Origin: a virus
Lineage: Duplodnaviria > Heunggongvirae > Uroviricota > Caudoviricetes
Virus record (IMG/VR): IMGVR_UViG_3300020045_008999
Coordinates: 128,001 to 192,000 of that record
Strand: one strand, 5' to 3'
DNA: 64,000 nucleotides
In this document: piece by piece, positions 50,845-59,680 of the stretch
Layout: every line of letters begins with the position of its first letter
How positions within the stretch are numbered: position 1 is the first letter of the stretch
Made by a program: the position numbers and the translations under genes
The notes under the pieces: generated by a model
Told to the model about the DNA's origin: nothing
What the model saw: only the letters and a program-made list of their open reading frames with translations
Database searches by the model: none

Positions 50845-51585
50845 TTATTCTAATCCTTCTTCAATTTCGGATATCAAATCCTTGAAGTTTTCTTCATTCA
50901 ATGTCAGATCATCATTCCATATAAAGAAATATCTCTGGTACTTAAAGATCATTCTGAAATCAACCATGTGTTCACCATCACCGTCTTTACCAAATTGTAC
51001 CGGCATGTACTTTGTGTCATAATATAAAGTGCCCTTTAATTCAATATCATCAGCACAATACGTGGATGATATTGAATTACCTTCACAATGATAACCACCT
51101 CCAATCATAGTAGGTGATCCTATTAAGTTACTTAGTTGGTTATCGGCACAACAAAAATTTCCATTAACACTATTTGGACCACCTTCCAATGAAGTTAAAA
51201 TGTTCCTATGACAATAAAAATCCACATTAATGATATCCGGTGATCCCTTTAACGAAGTTAATTGGTTATAAGAACAAAAGAAACTATTTCGGACTAACTT
51301 AGGGCCCCAGTCTAAATTAACCAAGTTATTAGACTGTCCGTAAAATGTCCCACCAACCTCATGCGGACATCCTTTCAATGAAGTTAACTGATTTCCATTG
51401 CAATAAAAATCACCAGATACTTTATTAAAGCTCAATGGTAAATCAGTTAATTCCTTTTTGGTTAAATTAACATCACCATCAACGTCAATAGTCCCATCTG
51501 AGTTTATCGAGTAATTAAATATATTATATTTCTTACAAATTGAATCAATACGATCCTTTTCCTCTTTAGATATTAAATTCTTCAC
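50845..51585 (-). CDS. LRR-like array paralog, 246 aa, ~5 modules (GTG start)
   Basis: Family N-cap, 21-aa repeats, tail. Confidence 0.85.
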   Translation of the reverse strand: MKNLISKEEKDRIDSICKKYNIFNYSINSDGTIDVDGDVNLTKKELTDLPLSFNKVSGDFYCNGNQLTSLKGCPHEVGGTFYGQSNNLVNLDWGPKLVRNSFFCSYNQLTSLKGSPDIINVDFYCHRNILTSLEGGPNSVNGNFCCADNQLSNLIGSPTMIGGGYHCEGNSISSTYCADDIELKGTLYYDTKYMPVQFGKDGDGEHMVDFRMIFKYQRYFFIWNDDLTLNEENFKDLISEIEEGLE

Positions 51586-51611
51586 ATGTTTATCTTTATT
51601 TCAATTATATA

Positions 51612-51885
51612 TAAAATTCAGATCCCTCAAAGCGGCCAGCGAACGCAGTGAGCTGCATATTAACATAGGTAAATTTTAACGTAGATTTTAACAGTTTTAA
51701 TTTGTATATGTCCTCAACTTTTACTACCTTTATGTTGGCACACTATAGTGTAGTACCAGAGTATAAGGTGCCAATATAAAGATACAAAATATAGTAATAC
51801 AAGTCAAGTGTTTTCTGTAAAAGTTATCAACGATGTTATCAACGATGTTATAAACAATCGCTCACTGCGTTCGCGGCACCATCTA
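51612..51885. repeat. copy F of the intergenic module (complete; core inverted relative to C, D, E)
   Basis: Hairpins 51637-51655 (+) and 51859-51875 (-); promoters 51701-51732 and 51777-51808; core 51741-51768. Confidence 0.8.
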
Positions 51886-51909
51886 AATCCCCATTAGATC
51901 TATTCGAAT

Positions 51910-52596
51910 TTAATTTAATGGAATTTTCAACCAGGTCATGTTATTATACATTTCCAATTCACCGGATCCACCAGTGTACTCATTTACTAAATGATGAAGT
52001 GCCTTGGAATTGATCTGGATACGCATATAGACAGTATTGAACTCTGTGAAAGTTTCTTTGGTTGATGCCCACACAAATCCCTTAACGAATTCCTCCAGGT
52101 AAATAGTTGGAATTCTAGGTACTTCTAACTCATATTTATTCACCTGGAATCCATAATCCATCAAAGACCAAACCAAATGGAATGAAGTGATCAAACAAGT
52201 TCGGATATTCACATCCCGGACACCCTTCTTAATGACATATCCAGAATTGATAGCAGCACTTATATCACTCATAATAGGATCCGTAGTTTTCAAATGCAAA
52301 TTATATAACTTAGTAGTTATTTTAATATGACCACATGCCCATATCGATCCAAGGTAATAGGCCCGGGTAGAATCCATCTTATCAATTCGAAAGTATTCGG
52401 AATCCAAGCTTATAGTGCGGGAATCAGAAACAGTCTTACACTGAATCGAACAGTATTTTCTAGGCCTGGTCAATTCAAATCTATTGTCATATTTAAATGA
52501 CTTTTTACAATTGGAACAGATGCAATCCACCCATAATAATTCTTTATTTTTGACCGGGCGGCCTGGGCGTTTCTTATTACTCATAGTTGAATTCAT
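51910..52596 (-). CDS. degenerate LAGLIDADG-like protein with N-terminal AT-hook-like motif and Zn ribbon
   Basis: KKRPGRP; CSNCKK..RKYCSIQC; AYYLGSIWACG; second motif FVKGFVWAS lacks acidic residues. Confidence 0.55.
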   Translation of the reverse strand: MNSTMSNKKRPGRPVKNKELLWVDCICSNCKKSFKYDNRFELTRPRKYCSIQCKTVSDSRTISLDSEYFRIDKMDSTRAYYLGSIWACGHIKITTKLYNLHLKTTDPIMSDISAAINSGYVIKKGVRDVNIRTCLITSFHLVWSLMDYGFQVNKYELEVPRIPTIYLEEFVKGFVWASTKETFTEFNTVYMRIQINSKALHHLVNEYTGGSGELEMYNNMTWLKIPLN

Positions 52597-53003
52597 AGTT
52601 AATTTAATATGTTTAGTGATATTAAATTAATTTTTAGGGTTGTCTAAAAATTAATTTAGTTAAGTATAAATAATTTGTTTTTGAATCTAAACTTTTTAAT
52701 AGGTCAAATCCTACTTAGTTTAAGACTCTAATATTATTTCCATATTATCCCATATTATTATACATCACCTATCTATATATTCCGAAAACAAAACACATAA
52801 TTAATATACTCACTTTTCATGTACATTATCACACATATCTATACATTTCGACATATTTAAATGATTTGATTTATTTAATAAAACACATAATTAATTGCTC
52901 ACTGCGTTCGCAACCCCATAGAATTGTATTTAAATCATCTTTCAGGTTGTTTTCAGGTTGATTTCATGTATGTATTATCTTTCATCTTTTATATCATTAA
53001 ATA

Positions 53004-53034
53004 GTTGTTATATTAAAAAGATTATATACCTTTG
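53004..53034 (+). promoter_or_regulatory. Bacteroidota-type promoter (GTTG-N19-TACCTTTG)
   Basis: Heads the + strand gene run starting at 53088. Confidence 0.6.
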
Positions 53035-53087
53035 GGATCTAAAAACAAACCATAGAAGATTGTCAGCGTTGAATATAATATGAAAAT

Positions 53088-53630
53088 ATGAAAATACCAT
53101 TATTAATAAAAGCATTTACTAGTCCATTTGTTCGTCCTATGATAATTTTTTATTTTGGAAAAACTGCCATAGGGACTCCTTACTTCTTTCCCCGCAATTG
53201 GGTAAAATATACCAAGCAAGACTGTATCGACCAAGCTACTAAATCTATGGGAAATTCTAATACAAATAGAACTTTTGATCAGTGGATTGATCATTATAAA
53301 AATTATTCCAAGGCAGTTCCAAAGCGGATAGGTTTTGATTTTGTGGATCTTGGGTGGAAGACGAAGTGGAGTAATACGGATTTTAGGCATGAGTTCAATC
53401 CACGTTTGAGTTTTGTATTTTTCGGATATCAAATAGCTGTAACCTTTGTACCATTGGATGATTGTCACTATTGGGAATGTTTTTTATATTATAATTTCGC
53501 TACAGATAAGACAAAGAGTCGTCAAGAGAGAATTATCCAAAGTAGAAATGAGTTTCCATGTGTTTGGACTAGACATAGTGATAATGGTAAAGAGACTATA
53601 AATTATTGGGATAAAATATTAAAAAAATAA
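53088..53630 (+). CDS. hypothetical protein, 180 aa
   Basis: Long ORF after promoter. Confidence 0.75.
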   Translation: MKIPLLIKAFTSPFVRPMIIFYFGKTAIGTPYFFPRNWVKYTKQDCIDQATKSMGNSNTNRTFDQWIDHYKNYSKAVPKRIGFDFVDLGWKTKWSNTDFRHEFNPRLSFVFFGYQIAVTFVPLDDCHYWECFLYYNFATDKTKSRQERIIQSRNEFPCVWTRHSDNGKETINYWDKILKK

Positions 53631-53745
53631 AAATAAAAATACCATTTAATTTTATAATTATGAAACTAAAAGATTTAAAAGGCCCCGATAGTATATTCAC
53701 ATATAAGGGTGAGAGTACTAGTATTTACGATAAGACTTTTTAGTT

Positions 53746-54111
53746 ATGGAATTTATGGATGACTTATTTGATTTTACGGATGAACCGTTGGTACCTATTG
53801 TGATGTCTAAGGATGCATTTGTGACTAAGACTAGGAAGTTATTATCTCATATTGATACTCTTTATGGTCAGGGTTGGCAGACTCGGGCATTGATTGAATC
53901 GGAATATCCGGATCAAAGTGTTTGTGATTTGTGTAAGGGTTGTGGCACATTTACTTTGGATGGTGTGGATGGTGTTGCCGCGGATTGTGTTGTAGATTAC
54001 GAAGATGGTCAGTGTGTGACTAGGTATTTTGATTCGGAAGAATTTGTGTTGAGTATAGAGGAATGTTTGGATGATCTTTACGAACTGCTGTTGGTTGACA
54101 CTATTAATTAA
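53746..54111 (+). CDS. hypothetical acidic Cys-containing protein, 121 aa
   Basis: ORF with CDLCKGC motif. Confidence 0.65.
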   Translation: MEFMDDLFDFTDEPLVPIVMSKDAFVTKTRKLLSHIDTLYGQGWQTRALIESEYPDQSVCDLCKGCGTFTLDGVDGVAADCVVDYEDGQCVTRYFDSEEFVLSIEECLDDLYELLLVDTIN

Positions 54112-54121
54112 ATAAAAGTAT

Positions 54122-54325
54122 TTGAATATGGGACAACTGACAAGATTGATTGAATTATCATCGGATGACAACCAAGTGGTTGTGGGTAGATCTTATACGT
54201 GTATGGATTGTGATTGGTGTGGATTGGTATCGGAATGTGATTTTGATACTGAGTATGATGAATTCAAGGACATAGATAGAAGGTATCCAATATGTCCGGA
54301 GTGCGGTGGTGGATTAGAATGTTGA
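54122..54325 (+). CDS. small Zn-ribbon protein
   Basis: CMDC...CPEC pairs. Confidence 0.6.
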   Translation: MNMGQLTRLIELSSDDNQVVVGRSYTCMDCDWCGLVSECDFDTEYDEFKDIDRRYPICPECGGGLEC

Positions 54326-54352
54326 TCTTGATAATAAATAACTAAATATAAT

Positions 54353-54568
54353 ATGGAAAATACTAAGACTGCTGCTATACGTAGTTTAACTGATGATGAA
54401 TTATTGAGTAATGCTTTGCGGTTTGCTTTTGACAAATGTCCTGATGAAAGTGGGGCTTTGGTTGATTTTCAGAAATACAAGAGTACCTTTTACGGGTGTA
54501 TGAAATGGATGCGTGATAACTATGAGCCGACCTGTGATGGGTTTCTGGGCGAGGTTGAATCGAAATAA
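54353..54568 (+). CDS. hypothetical protein, 71 aa
   Basis: ORF in co-oriented run. Confidence 0.6.
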   Translation: MENTKTAAIRSLTDDELLSNALRFAFDKCPDESGALVDFQKYKSTFYGCMKWMRDNYEPTCDGFLGEVESK

Positions 54569-54921
54569 ATTATAAATTAGACTAGATTATGAAAAACACA
54601 AACCTACCATTGGATTCTTGTACTAAGGATTTCAAATACACTTTAAGGAGTAAAGAGGGTAAAATCATATTACAAGAAATCGTAACATTTGGTTCCATAG
54701 AAGCCGTTTCCGAAAAATTGGAAAGGTAACCCAATGATACTTATGGCGATTTCTGATTACAAGCACAATATGATATCAAATAATTTTGATATCTTGGTTG
54801 ATGAAAATTTAGAGTTTGACATATAATAGGTGCCTCCGACACATTTCGGATAATCCGCAAGCTTTTGCCTAGGGTAATTATACACTTATATAGGGTTGTG
54901 GGTGTTTAACTAAAGTATAAA

Positions 54922-55188
54922 ATGAAAAAAGAATTAGAGGAAATTGCTGAAAAAGTACAAAAATTAGTTGATTATGAAGTTTCTAAAATTGAAAGAAAGG
55001 AAACTAAATGGAAAAATCAATATGAAAGTGTGATGAGTGAATTAGAAAGTGAATTGAAATATACTAATGAACTTATTGTGGACTCAAACGAAAATGGGTT
55101 AACTATTAGTTCGGTTGAGGCAGAGGGTTACAAGAGATGTTTAATCACGATGATAAATCGATTTCGCGATTTTGAAAAATACGAGTAA
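54922..55188 (+). CDS. hypothetical coiled-coil-like protein, 88 aa
   Basis: E/K-rich helical ORF. Confidence 0.65.
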   Translation: MKKELEEIAEKVQKLVDYEVSKIERKETKWKNQYESVMSELESELKYTNELIVDSNENGLTISSVEAEGYKRCLITMINRFRDFEKYE

Positions 55189-55204
55189 CTAATAGCGAAT
55201 CATT

Positions 55205-55393
55205 ATGAGAAATAAAATAACCAGAAAGGATAAGAAGAAGTTACGTGCTATAATGTTGTGTCATACTGGTAATGTGACGTGTCGTAAATCAACCTATAGT
55301 AAGGAAGAATGGTTAAAGATAAAAATCATGTATAGGGTTTGGCTGTCTTGTTTCACTATGGATGACAGAAGAATGGCCAATACCGTACGATGA
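55205..55393 (+). CDS. hypothetical protein, 62 aa
   Basis: ORF in co-oriented run. Confidence 0.5.
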   Translation: MRNKITRKDKKKLRAIMLCHTGNVTCRKSTYSKEEWLKIKIMYRVWLSCFTMDDRRMANTVR

Positions 55394-55726
55394 ATTACTT
55401 AATGAATTACAAATTATGAATTAACCCAACTATTGTATAGATAAAAATAGCAGTAGTTACAATACAGATTTTATTATGAAAGCACTATGCTTAATTATTT
55501 GGATGCTTATTTCGATGTTATTCGTATGTAGTATAATAGGACTAGTAATGTTTATACCCAAGGATAGCTGGCAGAATTACTCAAATACCCCATCTACTTG
55601 GTATTCGTTTGGTGAAAGGTTATTGGCGAGTGTTGTTGAATAAATACGAAATAAATACATATTATGAGTCCATCAAAAAATAAGGATTTGATCCGGGTTT
55701 TCTATTGAGGACATACTGTTTTAGAT

Positions 55727-55906
55727 ATGAGAGAGACATTTGAAGATTACACGAAACGATTACAAGAACGAAGAACCGAGGATGGGTATAGGTATACTGA
55801 CGAAGATTTCGAAAGGCACAAAGAGTACATTAAGATTTGTTATGAAACGGATTTAAGTGTTTATAAGTGTTTGGAATTTATGTGGTTCCAAGAGTATTCT
55901 AAATAG
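55727..55906 (+). CDS. hypothetical protein, 59 aa (not in ORF track)
   Basis: Manual translation MRETFEDYTKRLQERR...LEFMWFQEYSK. Confidence 0.55.
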   Translation: MRETFEDYTKRLQERRTEDGYRYTDEDFERHKEYIKICYETDLSVYKCLEFMWFQEYSK

Positions 55907-55934
55907 GGCTTTTCACTATAAAAAACCAAATAAT

Positions 55935-56228
55935 ATGCAAATTAAAGAGGAATTGATTGCTCGTATTAAATTAGAATTGGCTGAGGTATGCCAGTCTTAT
56001 GACCAAGATAATGTCAGTAGTTTTATGCGATGGATGAGAGTGGAATATGTCAATTACATGTTACTTTCCAGAGATGCTGCGATGGAAACCTTAGGGCGAC
56101 TAAGAGTAGTGTATGCGGGTTACATCCCGTTGATAGAAGTATTGGAACGCAACATCAATGGGTATGCGTCGCTTCAATGTTTTTATAGGGTTTCGTTGGA
56201 CTATATATCGGAACAAGAACAAGTATAA
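55935..56228 (+). CDS. hypothetical protein, ~97 aa
   Basis: Start moved to MQIKEE to avoid overlap with the preceding ORF. Confidence 0.6.
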   Translation: MQIKEELIARIKLELAEVCQSYDQDNVSSFMRWMRVEYVNYMLLSRDAAMETLGRLRVVYAGYIPLIEVLERNINGYASLQCFYRVSLDYISEQEQV

Positions 56229-56244
56229 CAAGTAAAAAACAAAT

Positions 56245-56715
56245 ATGGCATATCAAATTACAAATGAAAATGAAATAGTTTTCACCAATTCAAGACAAGA
56301 CCCAATCCGCAATATATGGAACAATCTTACTACTGTAAAGGGGCATTTAATCTATCGATTGAAGCGTGACCTAGACAAAGGGACACATTCAGTAGATGAA
56401 CAAGAGCAAATTAAAAAGAGAATAGTCGAAGTTAATAAAATGACCAAAAAGAGCATAATGCAAGCCTATGACATAAAACGCAAGCCCATGACATTGCTCG
56501 AAAAATTTGAGAAAATTGAGGTTAATCATGAAAATTATCTGGACGGTTTAGTAGGCGTAGCAGATAAGTTTGCTATTGATTTTGCGGATTGGGTTGAGAA
56601 GCTATCACCATCGCAGCGAACGTCTGTTTGGTCTAAGAATGGTGAGTATAGTGGATTATTCACCATGGATAATGAGCAACTTTTAGAGAAATACAAAAGG
56701 GAAAAGGGATTATAG
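56245..56715 (+). CDS. hypothetical protein, 156 aa
   Basis: Long ORF in co-oriented run. Confidence 0.7.
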   Translation: MAYQITNENEIVFTNSRQDPIRNIWNNLTTVKGHLIYRLKRDLDKGTHSVDEQEQIKKRIVEVNKMTKKSIMQAYDIKRKPMTLLEKFEKIEVNHENYLDGLVGVADKFAIDFADWVEKLSPSQRTSVWSKNGEYSGLFTMDNEQLLEKYKREKGL

Positions 56716-56747
56716 CCCGGGTTAATTTAACAATAAACCGATTTAAT

Positions 56748-56996
56748 ATGAAAGTAATAGTAAAATACCAGGTTATAGATTCAAATAACTTAACCTACGG
56801 AATGTTTAAGTTGGGTGGGGAAATGATCGCAAACCCTCGAATAACGGACCAACAGGTACCTTTGGGTGGTGTTGCTTCGAATATTGGATGGTTAAGGCAA
56901 GATGTTCATAGGTGTACTGGTGATATAATGGAATTTCATCCAGAATATGATTCTATTGAATATGAATTAGTAGAAATGGATTACGACAGATGGTAA
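56748..56996 (+). CDS. hypothetical protein, 82 aa
   Basis: ORF in co-oriented run. Confidence 0.6.
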   Translation: MKVIVKYQVIDSNNLTYGMFKLGGEMIANPRITDQQVPLGGVASNIGWLRQDVHRCTGDIMEFHPEYDSIEYELVEMDYDRW

Positions 56997-56997
56997 T

Positions 56998-57219
56998 ATG
57001 GCTTTATTAGTAAAATATGAAGATTTATTAAATATTTCGGCTGAGTTTTATGATTTGTTTAATCCAGAAATAGATACAGCCGAACATTATAATCTTAGAA
57101 TAGAATTGGCCAAATACGTAGCACACGCTACATATTCACACGATGTGGCTCACAATGAATGTGGGTTAACTTTTGAAAACTGGGCTAAAAAATACAAAAT
57201 AGTTTCTGATAAAATTTAA
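56998..57219 (+). CDS. hypothetical protein, 73 aa
   Basis: Tightly coupled ORF. Confidence 0.6.
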   Translation: MALLVKYEDLLNISAEFYDLFNPEIDTAEHYNLRIELAKYVAHATYSHDVAHNECGLTFENWAKKYKIVSDKI

Positions 57220-57230
57220 AAGTAAAAACT

Positions 57231-57503
57231 ATGTTTAAAGTAAGTATTAAAAAAGCATTTATAATACACAATGTAAGCCGGTTTTGTAACAACGGATGGC
57301 GAAGATTTGATAGTATAAAAGAGGTAGAAAAGCAACATTCGTTTAATGCTTTGCCAAAAACTAATGAATACTACGATATTGTAGTAAGAGGTAAAATACA
57401 ATACCGTTATTATTATGGCGGATGTATTTCGTCAGATGGATGGGTTGAACAAAATGTAACTCATTTTAGATTATCATCCAGTTATAAGTTACCGAGGTGG
57501 TAA
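57231..57503 (+). CDS. hypothetical protein, 90 aa
   Basis: ORF whose stop codon overlaps the TAAC of the attC-like site. Confidence 0.6.
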   Translation: MFKVSIKKAFIIHNVSRFCNNGWRRFDSIKEVEKQHSFNALPKTNEYYDIVVRGKIQYRYYYGGCISSDGWVEQNVTHFRLSSSYKLPRW

Positions 57504-57633
57504 CGTCCGGTTACTATACGAGGTTGTTGCCGAATTAAAAACCGACCACACAAACACAAACTAATACTTAAAATTATGACTGGTATTTCAAAAAATTCCG
57601 AATTGCAACAATCTTGTATAACCGCTGTTATGC
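57498..57633 (+). mobile_element. attC-like recombination site
   Basis: TAAC..cggttactatacgaggttgttgc pairs with gcaacaatcttgtataaccg..GTTATGC, with bulged bases. Confidence 0.55.
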
Positions 57634-57854
57634 CTCGTTTTTTTGTCGATGAGCGAAATGGATGTATAGCAATTAGAGATAGAAATCATCCCGATTTTGA
57701 TATTGACCATCAAGGACTAGATGCAGATTTACCCGATGTGGTAGATTTTAAAATGGGTGAGCAAATTAAATTTTCAAATTTTGTAACTTGGGATTTAGCC
57801 CCTGAAATAATTTTAGATTTTAATTCTCGTTGTGCTTTGTTAAATGAGGCATAA
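57576..57854 (+). CDS. hypothetical protein in an integron-like cassette, 92 aa
   Basis: Bounded by GTTATGCctcgttt (57627) and aaatgagGCATAAC (57855). Confidence 0.6.
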   Translation: MTGISKNSELQQSCITAVMPRFFVDERNGCIAIRDRNHPDFDIDHQGLDADLPDVVDFKMGEQIKFSNFVTWDLAPEIILDFNSRCALLNEA

Positions 57855-57915
57855 CTTGCTCATAGCATTCCAGTGAACGATGCAAGTTCAAGTAATATCA
57901 AATAAAGACTGATCA

Positions 57916-58125
57916 ATGAACATAGAAACTATCTTTTGTGACAATTATTTCCCACCTACTTATATTTTCTGTTTGAAATGGAAAGATGGTAGTTATCAGA
58001 ATAGGACACAATATGTGTGTAATGAATCAAAGTCACCGTATGGTAAAGAATACGTTGGTGTATGGAATGTGACTTATAAGAAACTAAATCCTAATTATTA
58101 TTGTGATGGACAGCGTGATATATAA
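57916..58125 (+). CDS. hypothetical protein, 69 aa
   Basis: ORF in co-oriented run. Confidence 0.55.
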   Translation: MNIETIFCDNYFPPTYIFCLKWKDGSYQNRTQYVCNESKSPYGKEYVGVWNVTYKKLNPNYYCDGQRDI

Positions 58126-58325
58126 GAATCGTTTCAAATTTTGGTCTATACAAACCTTATTAAATAATTAATAATGAAACAAATGAGCAACTATTTCAGA
58201 CGACTATCTAACGTGTGGTTAGGGTCGACAATTTTAGGTAAAATATGCATTAGTATTATATTTCCAATTTGGTTACTTGCTGGATTTAATTCGGCATGGG
58301 ATGATTAACAGTTTTGTACTAATTA

Positions 58326-58357
58326 TTTGGTTATTGTACTGAAATGTATTACATTTG
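58326..58357 (+). promoter_or_regulatory. Bacteroidota-type promoter (TTTG-N20-TACATTTG)
   Basis: Full consensus match. Confidence 0.65.
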
Positions 58358-58488
58358 TCTGGTATACTGATTTTAAATACTATATTGAAATCATAAAGAC
58401 GCGATTAATTAACGTCCATCGCTACAATTTCGACTTGTGGTAAAAAGCAAGGTGTTTCGGATGAGAAACAGTAATTAAAAATGAATTT

Positions 58489-58719
58489 ATGGCAAATATC
58501 TATGATTTACACGACCATCCTTGCGTTAAAATTGAAAACATAATCCATATTACAATTTCGGCAACTAAAACAATGTGTGGTAAAGAGTGGATTTATTCGC
58601 CAACCATCGAAAGATTTAAAAGAACAAAAGTAAAAACATTAAAGTGGGTAAGTCCGGATAAAATTAATTGTCAAAAATGTATTGATGCTTATGGAAATGA
58701 AAAAGCAGTTGATTTTTAG
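58489..58719 (+). CDS. hypothetical protein, 76 aa (possible Zn-binding)
   Basis: H..CG..CQKC pattern. Confidence 0.6.
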   Translation: MANIYDLHDHPCVKIENIIHITISATKTMCGKEWIYSPTIERFKRTKVKTLKWVSPDKINCQKCIDAYGNEKAVDF

Positions 58720-58802
58720 AAAAAAAGCAGTTGATTTTTAAAACGATGGTTGTGACAATATCGCCTAACTATCTTATGTTAGTGGTATTAAAAAAATAAA
58801 TT

Positions 58803-59633
58803 ATGAAAATATATCCAGTTGAAATACAAATTGGTCAGAGAGTTATTAAAAGTAATAGCTTTCAATCTTTTAGAGTTATTGACAAAATAAAAGAAACACC
58901 AAAAACAATAACATTTCTCGTAAAATATTATAAAGGTGATATACGTTGTCATGGTGATTTTATTGAAAAAGAAGTAACATTTAGAAAATCTACAATAGTT
59001 GAAAGTAGAGAAGATTTTATCGGGACTAAATTTAACCAATTATATAAAATAAAACCCGAAAGACTAAAAGATGTTATTAACCGAGGATTTGAATTGTATA
59101 GAGTAAAGGCAAAACAAACATATAGTTGGGGTGATGATGGTTTGAGAATTGGTGATTATATGTTTGCAATGTTTAATGGTATCAACTATGAGACCGAAAG
59201 TATATTAGATGATGGTACCGTTAATGTAATACCACCATCAAAAAATTCAGACAAACCTAAATTATCTGGTTGGAGTAATAATAATGGCGGATTCGAGGAT
59301 TTTTATGAAAAGATAGATATGAATATTATTTTAAACACTAATGAACCGTGTCCCACAACGGTGGGAAGCGATAGTGACAAGGATGTTAAATTCACTCTTA
59401 ATACTAAAGAGGTTAGAAAATATTTAGAAAGTAAAGGATTTAAAGGCCTTACTTTTTTCCAAGGTGGTAAGTTTATTTATGCGTTTATATCTATAAGAGC
59501 AAACGTAAATCACCAATGGAAAGAGAAAGATTATTCCACCTTTAATGAGAATGATAAAAATAGACTGTCTTTCTTAAATCAAAGCGATTGTAGTTATGAT
59601 GAATTCAAATACTATATTGAAAACCTAAACTAG
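58803..59633 (+). CDS. hypothetical protein, 276 aa
   Basis: Long ORF. Confidence 0.75.
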   Translation: MKIYPVEIQIGQRVIKSNSFQSFRVIDKIKETPKTITFLVKYYKGDIRCHGDFIEKEVTFRKSTIVESREDFIGTKFNQLYKIKPERLKDVINRGFELYRVKAKQTYSWGDDGLRIGDYMFAMFNGINYETESILDDGTVNVIPPSKNSDKPKLSGWSNNNGGFEDFYEKIDMNIILNTNEPCPTTVGSDSDKDVKFTLNTKEVRKYLESKGFKGLTFFQGGKFIYAFISIRANVNHQWKEKDYSTFNENDKNRLSFLNQSDCSYDEFKYYIENLN

Positions 59634-59680
59634 GGATTCCTTAATTATACTATGTTAGTGGTATTTTAAAAAAATAAATT

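Noticed and set aside
1-51585. Diversity-generating retroelement as the source of LRR variation
   Set aside because: No reverse transcriptase or non-coding template repeat is visible, and variation looks like block exchange spread over all modules. An RT elsewhere in the genome cannot be excluded.
1-51585. Whole array as an assembly artefact
   Set aside because: Each copy has distinct sequence, unique spacers and interspersed unique genes. Individual chimeric junctions still need long-read confirmation.
52597-53087. Replication origin at the strand switch
   Set aside because: AT-rich with one GA-hairpin and short repeats, but adequately explained as a divergent promoter region. A genome-wide skew analysis is needed.
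54589-54826. Possible frameshifted small gene
   Set aside because: Two short frames could join, but there is no homolog in the window to support it.
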